From: Candidatus Blautia gallistercoris
Lineage (GTDB): Bacteria; Bacillota; Clostridia; Lachnospirales; Lachnospiraceae
Length of the DNA stretch: 54,121 nucleotides
Reading direction: 5' to 3'
Assembly: GCA_019114705.1 (NCBI GenBank)
Contig: DXEX01000189.1
Coordinates: 1-54,121, forward strand
Under the pieces are notes generated by a model. The model was not told the origin of the DNA and searched no databases. It worked only from the letters and a program-made list of their open reading frames with translations. This document shows positions 39,426-49,564 of this stretch, in pieces; position 1 is the first letter of the stretch, and the number at the start of each line of letters is the position of its first letter. A program made the position numbers and the translations under genes.

Positions 39426-40098
39426 GATCTGTCTCCAGTTTGTAGCCGATGCCCCGGATGGTGGTGATGCACAGACGGCTTTTCACATAACGAAGGCGCT
39501 TCCGCAGAAAATGGATATAATTATCCAGATTGCCTTCCTCCACTTCTGCATCCGGGCCCCACACCCGGGAGAGAATCACCATTCTGGGCAGCACTGTATC
39601 CGGATTTCCCAGAAATACTTCCAGAAGCCGACCTTCCCGTTTGGAGAGGACAAGCTGTCCCTGCTCCGTGGAAAGCTGCCGAAGGGAAATATCATAGTGC
39701 AGATCGCCCAGGGTCAGAATCTGGGGTGCCATGATGCTGCGGGAACGGCGGCGTATGGTGCGGATCCGCGCCATGAGTTCTTCAAAGGCAAAAGGTTTCA
39801 CAATGTAATCATCTGCGCCGCAGTCCAGTCCCTCGATCCGGTCATAGAGTTCCCCCAGAGCAGTGAGCAGGATCACAGGGGTTTCGATGTGATTGGCCCG
39901 GGCCTTCTGCAGGGCCATGAGGCCGTTCATGGTGGGCAGCATCCGGTCCAGGATGATCAGATCGTGGGCATTCTGCAGCATCAGATCCAGTCCGTCCCTT
40001 CCATCGTGGCAGAGATCCACGGAGAAGCCTTCCTGTTCCAGCTGATAGGTCAATATATCACAGAGGTTTTTGTCATCCTCGATCAGTAAAATATGCAT
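39418..40098 (-). CDS. OmpR-family response regulator
   Basis: ILLIEDD, LDRMLP, GADDYIVKPF, YIHFLRKRL, RGIGYKL; AAAGGA before ATG 40098. Confidence 0.93.
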   Translation of the reverse strand: MHILLIEDDKNLCDILTYQLEQEGFSVDLCHDGRDGLDLMLQNAHDLIILDRMLPTMNGLMALQKARANHIETPVILLTALGELYDRIEGLDCGADDYIVKPFAFEELMARIRTIRRRSRSIMAPQILTLGDLHYDISLRQLSTEQGQLVLSKREGRLLEVFLGNPDTVLPRMVILSRVWGPDAEVEEGNLDNYIHFLRKRLRYVKSRLCITTIRGIGYKLETDHV

Positions 40099-40434
40099 AA
40101 AAATTCCTTTCTGTCTGAAAAGCGGCCGGGCGAAGGAAAAAGCCTGCGGAAAAGTGAAAGACAGCCGCTGTTTTTGAAATCCTGTATCCGGGTTCTGCCC
40201 ATAGTATAGCACAGAAATCTGAAAAGTAACTGTAAGGTTTCTCTAAAAAAGAAGGGAAATTTAGAGATACAGTCTGTTTCAGGGCTGGATTATTCTTGAC
40301 AAAAACAGTTCTTTTCTCCATGATAATGGGTAGGGTGTCGGAAGAGGCCGGGAGCCTGCGCCGCGCACAGAGGCGCAGCCTGGCTTTTGGTACCTGCTGT
40401 TCGAGAAAAAATGAAGAAGGTTGAGGGGCATTTT

Positions 40435-42417
40435 ATGAAATCCATGAATAAGATTTTTGCTTTTTTTGCCGCGGTGCTGCTGTCTCTTGGATTTGCGGCC
40501 TGCTGTCTGAAAATTCCGTTTCTGTCATCTGCCATTGGAGCCGTGGGAAACATCAATCTGCTTACTTATGGGATGCTGCTGATCCTGTTTTGCCTGCTGT
40601 TCGTGGTATTTTACGGAGCTGCAGACTGGAAAAAGGCAGGGGGAAGAGTATCATCTGCCAGGTCGCTGGCAGTGGTGTTGTGTCTGATGCTGGGGACATT
40701 GGTATTTTTTGTCCGTATGTTCCAGATGGAAGGGAATGTCTACGGCGGTGTCAGTGACCGGTATGTATGGCATAAGCTGCCGCTTTGGCTGGTGGTCCTG
40801 TGTCTGAGCGTGATTTTGGTGCTGTTTTTCCTGTGTATCCGGCAGAATACCCTGCGGATGCCGGAAGGAGCCTACTATCTCTTGTATGGCATGCTGACTG
40901 TGCTGATTGGCTATACTTATTATACGCCGTCTATTTTTGTACGGGGATATTCAGACCGTCTTCATGCCCATGCCTATTACAATTCCATTTATAATGTGAT
41001 GCAGGGAAGTCCCTATTCCGAGATGACCACCAGTATTTATGGCCATTATGGGATCCTGTACAAGCTGCCCATGAAGATCCTGGGCGGAGATTTTATTGAT
41101 TTTATCCTTCTGAATGCCATTTTGGGCGCTGTTTGCTTTCTGGCCATGTTCCTGGCTCTGCATTTCCTGGTAAAGAACGGTCTGCTGCGGGTGCTGGGAG
41201 CCGTTGCCATGACCTTTCCCATTTTGTCCATGCGGGGCGGGTATTACTGGCAGCTCTGGCCCCATCGGATTCTGTTTATGAGTTTGCTGCTGTGCCTGGG
41301 GGCTTTCTGCGTCCGATTCCGAAGATGCAGCCGGATTACCTGCCTTGTGGGGTATCTGTTGAGCCTGCTGGGTGTGCTGTGGAATACGGAGAGCGGTATG
41401 TTCTGTGCGGTTTCCTGGGCCGGCTTCTGGATCCTGCGGGAGCTGTGCCGCAGTCCCTGGAGACCGGTGCGGATCCTGCGTTCTTTTGTACTGCATTTTC
41501 TGGGAATTCTGTTCTGTTTCTTTGGGGCCTACGGGATTGTGAACCTGTATAATCTTCTGGCCGGAGGAACGGTAAATTCCGTCAGGGAATTTCTGTTCCC
41601 GCTGCTGACAACCTCTTATATGGATGATCTGCTGCGTGTGGATCTTCCGGAATTCCCCAGCGCCTATATTCCGGTGCTGATCCTGTTCCTGCTGGCAGTT
41701 GCCTGGGGTCTTTCCCATATGGGGTGTTTCCGGGGAAACCGGGGAGAAACAGAGGCACAGTATCTGGTTCCCTGCTTTGCCTTTTCCGCAGGGGTACTGG
41801 CACTGGGGCAGATGTCTTATTTCATCAACCGGGCAGCCTACCACAATCTGGATATCTGCCATCTGCCGGCAATGCTCCTGATCTGTGTGACTGCCCAGTG
41901 GGGGATGGAAACCGTGAAGAAATTCCGCTGGCAGGAACGGCGGTCCTGGGCGCCGGAGAAGCTGTATCAGGGAGCCCTGACAGCAGTCAGTCTGGGCGTG
42001 CTGGTCACCGTAACACTGGGCAACCTGATCCAGTATGGATATAATACGGATCTGAAAACGGCATTTCATAACAAAGACGAGATCCATCAGTTCGCCGCAC
42101 ATATCGCGGCGAATATACCGGAAAATACTTATGGCTTCGGTATCGGAGTGGCAGAGATCTACAGTATGCTGCGCTGGGACACTGGCTGTTATACTCTAGA
42201 CTTTTCAGATATTTCTGTCCGTCCCCAGGTGGCGGATTATGTGATCAATGATATTCGGACCAAGGAGATACCGGATTTCCTGGTGGGAGAGAAGACCATG
42301 GAGAAGCTGGAAAATTTTGCTTCCGACCAGAATCAGTGGATCGAGGAGAATTATGAACTGTCCCAGGAATTTGAATTTCAGGGAGCGGTGTTTCAGTATT
42401 ATGTGAGAAAATCGTGA
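40435..42417 (+). CDS. Large polytopic membrane protein of unknown function
   Basis: 660-aa ORF with many hydrophobic segments and a soluble C-terminal region; GAGGGG RBS. Confidence 0.75.
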   Translation: MKSMNKIFAFFAAVLLSLGFAACCLKIPFLSSAIGAVGNINLLTYGMLLILFCLLFVVFYGAADWKKAGGRVSSARSLAVVLCLMLGTLVFFVRMFQMEGNVYGGVSDRYVWHKLPLWLVVLCLSVILVLFFLCIRQNTLRMPEGAYYLLYGMLTVLIGYTYYTPSIFVRGYSDRLHAHAYYNSIYNVMQGSPYSEMTTSIYGHYGILYKLPMKILGGDFIDFILLNAILGAVCFLAMFLALHFLVKNGLLRVLGAVAMTFPILSMRGGYYWQLWPHRILFMSLLLCLGAFCVRFRRCSRITCLVGYLLSLLGVLWNTESGMFCAVSWAGFWILRELCRSPWRPVRILRSFVLHFLGILFCFFGAYGIVNLYNLLAGGTVNSVREFLFPLLTTSYMDDLLRVDLPEFPSAYIPVLILFLLAVAWGLSHMGCFRGNRGETEAQYLVPCFAFSAGVLALGQMSYFINRAAYHNLDICHLPAMLLICVTAQWGMETVKKFRWQERRSWAPEKLYQGALTAVSLGVLVTVTLGNLIQYGYNTDLKTAFHNKDEIHQFAAHIAANIPENTYGFGIGVAEIYSMLRWDTGCYTLDFSDISVRPQVADYVINDIRTKEIPDFLVGEKTMEKLENFASDQNQWIEENYELSQEFEFQGAVFQYYVRKS

Positions 42418-42669
42418 GAGTCATATATTGTGGAAGGGGTGCCGGGAAATAGTTCAGACCGGAAGATTTCGGGTTTTCCCCTGTACTCAGGGCGGGTTCG
42501 GTTCGGCACAGATGCCAAATTCCGGTGTTCACCTGAGAATGTAATGGAGATGGGCAGGGCAGTGGAAAAGTATCGTTATATTTATTAATATCGGCAGTAT
42601 ATTGGAAAGCTGCAGGGAAGACTGAAACGTTATATAAAAAGTCCTCAAAACGCTGTTCAGCCCTCTCCG

Positions 42670-42707
42670 GAGTCCGTATCGTGAATTTGATCGGTGCGGA
42701 CTCTTTT
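42670..42707 (+). terminator. Intrinsic terminator-like hairpin
   Basis: GAGTCCGTATCG..CGGTGCGGACTC followed by TTTT. Confidence 0.6.
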
Positions 42708-42840
42708 GCTGCATCATAAGATACTGTCGAGCAATGTTTGATTTTATTTTCATTGAAATGGCCATTTTGTTTAAATTATGTATAAAAAAAGTGAAATTCC
42801 CTCTTTTTTTCCGCAGCTGATTGTGTTATAATGTCCGCAT

Positions 42841-42913
42841 GGGGCATTAGCGCAGTTGGGAGCGCGCCACACTGGCAGTGTGGAGGTCACGGGTTCAAGT
42901 CCCGTATGCTCCA
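42841..42913 (+). tRNA. tRNA-Ala (anticodon GGC), CCA end not encoded
   Basis: Acceptor GGGGCAT/ATGCTCC with G3:U70 Ala identity pair; anticodon arm CCACA-CTGGCAG-TGTGG; GGTTCAAGTC T-arm; extended -10 TGtTATAAT at 42824-42832. Confidence 0.97.
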
Positions 42914-42918
42914 TTCGA

Positions 42919-42946
42919 GAAGACCTGTTTTGACAGGTCTTTTTTT
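42919..42946 (+). terminator. Terminator after tRNA-Ala
   Basis: AAGACCTGT-TTTG-ACAGGTCTT plus T tract. Confidence 0.85.
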
Positions 42947-42981
42947 CGTGCATATGTAAGAACTTTATAGAATTTTTCGTA

Positions 42982-43010
42982 TTGCATTTCGTACGGCATA
43001 GTGTTATTTT
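42982..43010 (+). promoter_or_regulatory. Putative sigmaA promoter of glgP-malQ
   Basis: TTGCAT-N17-TATTTT with extended TG. Confidence 0.5.
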
Positions 43011-43020
43011 AAGGAAAGAA

Positions 43021-43187
43021 TGTTCATGCAGGGAGAGACTGCGGCATCCAGTTGCAACAGGGAGATTAAGAAAGGTGCAGTAAAAGGTTAAAACAGAGCA
43101 GTCTGCGTCTCTCCAGGCGGTGAACAGTAAATCAGTAATTTATTAGAATGAAAAAGCAGCAGGGCGGATTCCGTCAGTCCGCCCTGC
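43021..43187 (+). ncRNA. Candidate structured 5' leader RNA of glgP
   Basis: Nested pairings TGTTCA/TGAACA, GGAGAGAC/GTCTCTCC, AGACTGC/GCAGTCT, plus hairpin GCAGGGCGGA/TCCGCCCTGC before the RBS. Confidence 0.4.
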
Positions 43188-43210
43188 AGAAAGGCAGAAT
43201 GAGGAGAAAT

Positions 43211-45472
43211 ATGGAACAGAATCTGGAAAAAGAATTAAATCTGAAACTTGGAAAACAAATCGGCGAGGCTTCCAAAGAGGAACTTTACAAAGCCCTGCTG
43301 TGTCTGACAAAAGAAAGAATGCAGGGGATGCAGAGGAATACCGGAAACCGGAAACTGTATTACATTTCCGCAGAGTTTCTGATCGGAAAACTGTTATCCA
43401 ACAATCTGATCAATCTGGGACTGTTTGAAGAGGTCAGAGAACTGCTGAAGAAGCACGGACAGGATCTGACAGAGGTGGAAGAAGTGGAGCTGGAACCCTC
43501 TCTTGGGAACGGAGGGCTGGGCCGACTGGCCGCCTGCTTCCTGGATTCCATTGCAACTCTGGGACTCAATGGAGACGGTGTGGGCCTGAACTATCATGAC
43601 GGACTGTTTCTCCAGAAATTCCGGGACAATAAGCAGCAGGAGGAAAAAAATCCCTGGATTACCCCGGACAGCTGGCTGACCAGGACCGATGTGAGCTTTG
43701 AAGTTCCGTTCAAGGATTTTGTACTGCGGTCTTCCATGTATGACATTGATGTGCCCGGATACCACAGCGGCTGCAACAAGCTGCACCTGTTCGATCTGGA
43801 CAGTGTGGATGAGAGCATCATCGGTCAGGGAATCCAGTTTGACAAGAAGGATATCCACAGGAATCTGACCCTGTTCCTTTATCCGGACGACAGCGACGAG
43901 GACGGACAGCTTCTGCGTATCTACCAGCAGTATTTTATGGTGAGCAATGCAGCGCAGCTGATCATTAAAGAAGCGGAAGAGCGGGGCGTGAACCTGTATC
44001 AGCTCCACGAACACGTATGCGTCCAGATCAACGATACCCATCCCACCATGATCATTCCGGAGCTGATCCGTATCCTTACCCAGCAGAAGGGCTTTAATAT
44101 GGATACGGCAGTGGATGTGGTGAGAAAGACCTGCGCGTATACCAACCATACGATTCTGGCAGAGGCTCTGGAAAAATGGCCGGTGGATTATCTGGAAAAG
44201 GTGGTGCCGCACCTGATGCCGATTATCCGGGATCTGGATGCCAGGGTGAGAAGAGATTTCCAGGATGAAAAGGTCTATATCATTGACAGCCAGAACCGGG
44301 TACACATGGCGCACATTGATATCCATTTCGGATATGCGGTGAACGGTGTGGCTGCCCTGCACACAGACATTCTGAAGAAATCCGAACTGAAGCCCTTTTA
44401 TGATATTTATCCGGAGAAATTCAACAACAAGACCAACGGGATCACGTTCCGCCGCTGGCTGGTACACTGCAACCACAGACTGGCAGCATATCTGGAGGAA
44501 CTGATCGGTCCGGAATATCTGGAAGATGCCGGGAAGCTGGAGGGACTGCTGGCCTATAAAGAAGATGAAAAAGTCCTGGAGAAGCTGATGGCCATCAAGA
44601 AAGAAGCCAAGGCAGATCTGAAAAAATATCTGAAAATGACACAGGATGCAGACATTGATGAGAATTCGGTATTCGACATTCAGATCAAACGTCTCCATGA
44701 GTATAAGAGACAGCAGATGAATGCCCTGTATGCCATCTATAAATACAAAGAGATCAAGAAAGGCAATCTGCCCAAACGTCCGCTGACCATGATCTTCGGT
44801 GCAAAGGCAGCGCCGGCATACACCATTGCCAAGGACATCATCCATCTGATCCTTTGCCTGCAGCAGCTCATCGACAACGATCCCCAGGTAAGCCCCTGGC
44901 TGAAGATCGTCATGGTGGAGAACTACAACGTGACCAAGGCAGAGAAACTGATCCCTGCCTGCGATATTTCCGAGCAGATTTCCCTGGCGTCCAAGGAGGC
45001 CTCCGGAACCGGAAACATGAAATTCATGCTGAACGGAGCGGTAACTCTGGGAACAGAAGACGGCGCCAATGTGGAGATCCATGAGCTGGTAGGCGATGAC
45101 AATATTTATATTTTCGGTGAAAGATCCGAGAAGGTCATCCAGCTGTATGAGACTGGGGAATACTGTGCGGCAGATCTCTATGAGAAAGATCCCATGATTG
45201 AGGAACTGGTGGACTTTATCATCAGCAAAGATCTGATCCGCATCGGAGATCCGGTAAATCTGGGCCGTCTGTACAAGGAAATCGTGTCCAAAGACTGGTT
45301 CATGGCACTGCTGGATGTGAAAGATTATATCCACACCAAGGAACAGATGCTGGAAGATTCTCTGGATGAGAAGACATGGGCACAGAAAATGCTGGTGAAC
45401 ATTGCAAAAGCCGGTTTCTTCTCCTCCGACAGAACCATTGCCGAATACAACAGAGACATCTGGCATCTGTAA
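43211..45472 (+). CDS. glgP: Glycogen/maltodextrin phosphorylase (GT35)
   Basis: [42 protein letters not shown] (PLP Lys); GAGGAG before ATG 43211. Confidence 0.96.
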   Translation: MEQNLEKELNLKLGKQIGEASKEELYKALLCLTKERMQGMQRNTGNRKLYYISAEFLIGKLLSNNLINLGLFEEVRELLKKHGQDLTEVEEVELEPSLGNGGLGRLAACFLDSIATLGLNGDGVGLNYHDGLFLQKFRDNKQQEEKNPWITPDSWLTRTDVSFEVPFKDFVLRSSMYDIDVPGYHSGCNKLHLFDLDSVDESIIGQGIQFDKKDIHRNLTLFLYPDDSDEDGQLLRIYQQYFMVSNAAQLIIKEAEERGVNLYQLHEHVCVQINDTHPTMIIPELIRILTQQKGFNMDTAVDVVRKTCAYTNHTILAEALEKWPVDYLEKVVPHLMPIIRDLDARVRRDFQDEKVYIIDSQNRVHMAHIDIHFGYAVNGVAALHTDILKKSELKPFYDIYPEKFNNKTNGITFRRWLVHCNHRLAAYLEELIGPEYLEDAGKLEGLLAYKEDEKVLEKLMAIKKEAKADLKKYLKMTQDADIDENSVFDIQIKRLHEYKRQQMNALYAIYKYKEIKKGNLPKRPLTMIFGAKAAPAYTIAKDIIHLILCLQQLIDNDPQVSPWLKIVMVENYNVTKAEKLIPACDISEQISLASKEASGTGNMKFMLNGAVTLGTEDGANVEIHELVGDDNIYIFGERSEKVIQLYETGEYCAADLYEKDPMIEELVDFIISKDLIRIGDPVNLGRLYKEIVSKDWFMALLDVKDYIHTKEQMLEDSLDEKTWAQKMLVNIAKAGFFSSDRTIAEYNRDIWHL

Positions 45473-45628
45473 GAAGAATGCGGAAGAGATCAGATTGGAA
45501 AGATATTCTTAATGGCAGGATAGACGCAGAGATATGAGACAGGAAGATGTGACATGGTGAATCATGGAAAGACATGCGGATATTTCTGCAGCCAGAAAGT
45601 AAAGATGAAAAAAGGAGTAAGAACAGTC

Positions 45629-47095
45629 ATGAGACAGACTGGAGTTTTGATGCCGGTATCGGCTCTTCCATCCCGCACCGGGGTGGGAGAGCTGGGAAAA
45701 GATGCATACCGGTGGATACAGATACTAAAAGACAGCGGCGTGAAGATCTGGCAGCTGCTCCCCTTAAATCCGGTGGGATATGGCAATTCACCCTACCAGC
45801 CATATTCTTCCTGTGCGGGAGACGAGCTGTACATCAGTCTTGAGCTGCTGAAAGAAGAAGGGCTTCTGGAAGAAGAGGTGCCTTCTTTCCGGGAAAAGGA
45901 AAAACGGGTGGATTATGAGGCTGTACGGGCATTCAAAACCCCTTACCTGCGGAAGGCAGTAGAGAATTTTCTCACTCAGGGGCGGGAAAGCCAGCCGGAG
46001 TATCAGGAATTCATTTCTCAGAAATGGGTATATGAGTACGGCGTTTACCGGGCTTTGAAGGCGGCAAATGGCGGTGTATGCTGGAATGAGTGGAAGCCGG
46101 AAGAGAAAAACTGGCCGGAGAATCGGACCGCGCTTCCGGACGGAGTGGAAGAAGAAGCAAAATACCAGATGGTGCTGCAGTATTTCTTTTACACCCAGTG
46201 GATGCAGGTGAAGGCACAGGCCAACCAGTGCGGCATCCAGATCATGGGAGATGTGCCTTTCTATGTGGGCGTGGATTCTGTGGATGTGTGGAGTGGAAAA
46301 GCCAATTTTCTTCTGGATAAGGATGGGCATCCGCGATTTATCGCCGGGGTTCCGCCGGATTATTTCAGCGTTACCGGACAGCGGTGGGGCAATCCCATCT
46401 ACGACTGGGATTATATGAAAGAAACCGGGTACCAGTTCTGGGTGGACCGGATCGGCTACAGCAGCCGTCTGTTTGACATTATCCGCATTGACCATTTCCG
46501 GGCTTTCGACACCTACTGGAAAATCCCGGCCAGCTGCCCCACGGCAGTGGAAGGAGAATGGGTGGAAGCGCCGGGCTATGAGGTGCTGGATACTCTGATG
46601 GAAAAGCTTCCCGGGGTGAACCTGGTGGCAGAGGATCTGGGTGATCTGCGTCCGGAGGTTCTGACCCTGAAGGAGCATTACCATCTGAAAGGAATGAAGA
46701 TCCTTATTTTCTCCATTGAGACCGGAGGAAAATACGCATACGACAGTTTCCGGGATGTGGAAAATATGATCGCCTATACGGGAACTCATGACAATGATAC
46801 GCTTCTGGAATGGTATGGAAAACTTACCTGTGCATCTCGGAGAAAAGTGCGCAGGTTCCTGAAGAAAAAAGGGTTCTCTCAGGGCAGCATCCATGACAGG
46901 CTTCTGGGATATATTCTGAGCAGCCCGGCAGAATATGTGATCCTGCCTGCTGCAGATTTCCTGGGACTTGGCAGTGAGGGCCACATCAACACGCCGGGAA
47001 CTGTAGGCAGTCCCAACTGGGAATGGCGTTTGCCCCAGCTGGATGGCATAGAGAAAGAGCTTCTGCGGTACCGGAAACAGATCCTTCGCGGATAG
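45629..47095 (+). CDS. malQ: 4-alpha-glucanotransferase (amylomaltase, GH77)
   Basis: WQLLPLNP, SPY, GVPPDYFS..GQRWGNP, RIDHFR, AEDLG, GTHDN, NTPG. Confidence 0.96.
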   Translation: MRQTGVLMPVSALPSRTGVGELGKDAYRWIQILKDSGVKIWQLLPLNPVGYGNSPYQPYSSCAGDELYISLELLKEEGLLEEEVPSFREKEKRVDYEAVRAFKTPYLRKAVENFLTQGRESQPEYQEFISQKWVYEYGVYRALKAANGGVCWNEWKPEEKNWPENRTALPDGVEEEAKYQMVLQYFFYTQWMQVKAQANQCGIQIMGDVPFYVGVDSVDVWSGKANFLLDKDGHPRFIAGVPPDYFSVTGQRWGNPIYDWDYMKETGYQFWVDRIGYSSRLFDIIRIDHFRAFDTYWKIPASCPTAVEGEWVEAPGYEVLDTLMEKLPGVNLVAEDLGDLRPEVLTLKEHYHLKGMKILIFSIETGGKYAYDSFRDVENMIAYTGTHDNDTLLEWYGKLTCASRRKVRRFLKKKGFSQGSIHDRLLGYILSSPAEYVILPAADFLGLGSEGHINTPGTVGSPNWEWRLPQLDGIEKELLRYRKQILRG

Positions 47096-47187
47096 AGAAG
47101 CTTCATCTGTGACAGGGTGCCATGTGCTTTGGCGGGATAGCCGGAAGAGGCAGCCGAAACTGCAGATATCCAGATATGGAGATATAG

Positions 47188-47236
47188 AAAAACAGGGATA
47201 GATGTGATCGTAAGGATTACATTTATCCCTGTTTTT
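47188..47236. terminator. Bidirectional terminator between malQ and the ABC operon
   Basis: AAAAACAGGGATA..TATCCCTGTTTTT. Confidence 0.8.
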
Positions 47237-47293
47237 GTCAATGGCATCCGTTTGCCGTACAGATGGCAAAAGCGGCCGGCTCTGATCCCCTGA

Positions 47294-48016
47294 TTAATTC
47301 AGCTCTGCCCGACAGATGATCAGGTAGGAGCCGGCGCAGAGCAGGCAGGTGAGGATCAGAAAGGTCAGAAGAGGAGGGAAAAAGATAATGGTTCCGTCAT
47401 TCATAAATCCCATGGCTTTCAGCAGAGCACGGTTCAGGGCAGTGACCATATGGTCAGAAAGGCCGAACCGGATCAGAGCTGCAGCGGCCAGGATCCCTCC
47501 GCCCAGTACAAGGCCAAGACAGATGGAGCCGGTTTTTCCCAGACGGCTGATGGCCAGGATGCACAGATAAAAGAGGCTGCATACAATCATGTACAGCAGG
47601 AGCAGCCAAAGCCAGTTGGCGAGAAAATGACCGTAGCCATACAGAGACCCGAAAAGAGTCGAATAGCCGGGGAAAATGAAATGCAGTACATTTCCCACGA
47701 TCGTATCCACCAGAGACATGATTCCGGTGATAAAGACAAACAGGGAAAGAGTTGCCAGGAAAATATATCTGCGTGTAAATCCATTTTGAATCAGCATCTT
47801 AAAATCTTCTTTGAATCCCAGAGCTCCCAGAATGCCGACATAAATAAAGGTATTCAGTTCCAGACAGTTGGTGCCTATATTTTCAAAACTTCCGGTGCCC
47901 ACAGCAACGATCAGACAGATCAGGGCAACGATCAGATATTGAACCAGATAAAAGATCCAGATATACCGGAAGGATGTGAAACATTCATATTGAATGGCAG
48001 CGGTAAGTTTTTTCAT
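47294..48016 (-). CDS. Putative ABC transporter permease (about 6 TM)
   Basis: Hydrophobic ORF with GFTRR loop, downstream of the ATPase in a GntR-ATPase-permease operon. Confidence 0.8.
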   Translation of the reverse strand: MKKLTAAIQYECFTSFRYIWIFYLVQYLIVALICLIVAVGTGSFENIGTNCLELNTFIYVGILGALGFKEDFKMLIQNGFTRRYIFLATLSLFVFITGIMSLVDTIVGNVLHFIFPGYSTLFGSLYGYGHFLANWLWLLLLYMIVCSLFYLCILAISRLGKTGSICLGLVLGGGILAAAALIRFGLSDHMVTALNRALLKAMGFMNDGTIIFFPPLLTFLILTCLLCAGSYLIICRAELN

Positions 48017-48021
48017 GGCAG

Positions 48022-48885
48022 TTATCCCCTTTCTGAAGTGAGTTTGACGAAGAGTTTCTGCAGGTTCATGGAGGAAAACTGCAGATTGGAGCCTGCCGGC
48101 AGAGGCGTTTTCTCTCCCAGGATATAAGCCAGCTTCAGACTGCCCAGTTCTTCTGTATCTAGGATGGTTTTGCCGGCGCAGTAGGCGTCCACGTCTCTGG
48201 CAAAGCCGGAGACACAGTAGCCTTTCTGAAGAAGGGTGTCTGCATTTTCCTGCAGCAGGATCTTTCCCTGATCAATGAGCACCACTTCTTCAATCAGGTT
48301 GGAAACTTCTTCGATCAAATGGGTGGCAATGATAATGGTCCGTTCCTGTTCTTCATAACTTTTCAGCAGAAGCTCGTAAAATAATTCCCGGTGATTGGCG
48401 TCCAGTCCCAGAACAGGTTCGTCAAAGATGACATAAGGGACATGGAGTGCCAGGGCAACCGTGAGTTTGAAGATGGACTGATATCCTTTGGACAGAGCCT
48501 TAAAACGCTGCTCCACATTCAGATGAAATTTTTCTGCGATCTGAAAAGCTTCTTCCGTGCGGAAACTGTCATAAAACCGTCCAATCCACTTGAAATGATC
48601 TTTCACTCTCAGACTGGTATCATACAGGTCTGCTTCGCTCATGCAGAACAGTTTCTCGTGAACCGCCATATTTTCTACGGCAGGAAGGCCGTCGATCCGC
48701 ACATCACCTGCATCGGCAAAAATCCGGTTGGCAATGATGTTGATCAGTGTGGATTTGCCGGCGCCGTTTCTGCCCAGAAATCCATAGATCTTTCCATATT
48801 CAAAGCAGAAAGAAACGTCATCCAGGGCGGTAACATTGCGGTACCGTTTGGTAACATGGTTAATCTGTATTGCATTCATTTGCAT
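48022..48885 (-). CDS. ABC transporter ATP-binding protein (YtrB-like)
   Basis: GRNGAGKST, LSKGYQ, FDEPVLGLD, ATH. Confidence 0.92.
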   Translation of the reverse strand: MQMNAIQINHVTKRYRNVTALDDVSFCFEYGKIYGFLGRNGAGKSTLINIIANRIFADAGDVRIDGLPAVENMAVHEKLFCMSEADLYDTSLRVKDHFKWIGRFYDSFRTEEAFQIAEKFHLNVEQRFKALSKGYQSIFKLTVALALHVPYVIFDEPVLGLDANHRELFYELLLKSYEEQERTIIIATHLIEEVSNLIEEVVLIDQGKILLQENADTLLQKGYCVSGFARDVDAYCAGKTILDTEELGSLKLAYILGEKTPLPAGSNLQFSSMNLQKLFVKLTSERG

Positions 48886-49249
48886 AACCCCTTTCTATCA
48901 GTGCAATAATATCATCTTTGGTCATCTGCAGTTTGGATGCTTCTTCAATTAAAGACGCAATGTACTGCTCATAGAACTGGCTTTGTCTTTTCCGGCGGAT
49001 CTTCGCCACAGCTCCTTCTTTCACAAACATACCCACCCCTCGTTTCTTATAGATGATTTCTTCGTCTACCAGCATGTTCATCCCTTTGAGTACCGTATGA
49101 GGATTGATATTCAGCAGGGCGGCAAATTCATTGGTGGAGGGAATCCTGGTCTCCTCCGGAAATACGCCTGTGAAAATGGAATCCTCCAACTGCTCTGCAA
49201 TCTGGATGAAAATAGGCTTTTCTGTATTTGTATGAATCTGCAAGGTCAT
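48860..49249 (-). CDS. GntR-family regulator, YtrA subfamily
   Basis: KPIFIQI, IPSTNE, INPHTV, KKRGVGMFV with short C-terminus; start uncertain (49252, 49249 or 49243). Confidence 0.9.
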   Translation of the reverse strand: MTLQIHTNTEKPIFIQIAEQLEDSIFTGVFPEETRIPSTNEFAALLNINPHTVLKGMNMLVDEEIIYKKRGVGMFVKEGAVAKIRRKRQSQFYEQYIASLIEEASKLQMTKDDIIALIERGYANECNTD

Positions 49250-49264
49250 CACTCCTTTGTTTGA

Positions 49265-49290
49265 TGGTTAGCTACTTAAGTAACTAACTA
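49265..49290. promoter_or_regulatory. Palindromic operator, probably for the YtrA-like repressor
   Basis: TGGTTAGCTACTT/AAGTAACTAACTA, 11 of 13 pairs, between the promoter and the RBS. Confidence 0.75.
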
Positions 49291-49302
49291 ACTTACAAGG
49301 AT

Positions 49303-49331
49303 ACTGTAATATGGATAGAGAGAAATGTCAA
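49303..49331 (-). promoter_or_regulatory. sigmaA promoter of the gntR-ABC operon
   Basis: Minus strand TTGACA-N17-TACAGT. Confidence 0.75.
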
Positions 49332-49564
49332 GAGTTTTTCTGAAGATTGCAGTATTTTTTTTGTGATAGGAAAACAGAATGAAATGTTGCCGGAAGCAGC
49401 CCGCTGCAGGCGGAGAATCCTGTGGAGCAGGATTTGTTTTTATAAGGTGGATGAACAGAACTCTGTGCTGTTGACAGTAAAAAGAGGAATTACTAAAATG
49501 ATAGACAGCTTAGCCCTGGCGGGAGCGGACCGGAAACAGCAGAGCAGAGGAGGACACAGGAAAA

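Noticed and set aside
40221-40240. TGTAAG upstream of the second response regulator as a third BceR site
   Set aside because: A single half-site without the CTTACA-N4 partner or the conserved spacing.
42841-42946. tRNA-Ala as an integration site for an island
   Set aside because: No integrase or duplicated tRNA 3' end was seen; the tRNA is followed directly by its terminator and glgP.
43021-43126. Glycine riboswitch, suggested by GGAGAGA
   Set aside because: The CCGAAG and CTCTCAGG/CTTTCAGG elements are missing and the gene context does not fit.
43394-45466. 690-aa ORF antisense to glgP, and similar long antisense ORFs at 1213-2574, 4308-5606, 40951-42102, 45788-47269 and 52408-53214
   Set aside because: They lie opposite longer or well-supported genes, show no recognisable motifs, and are expected shadows of codon bias.
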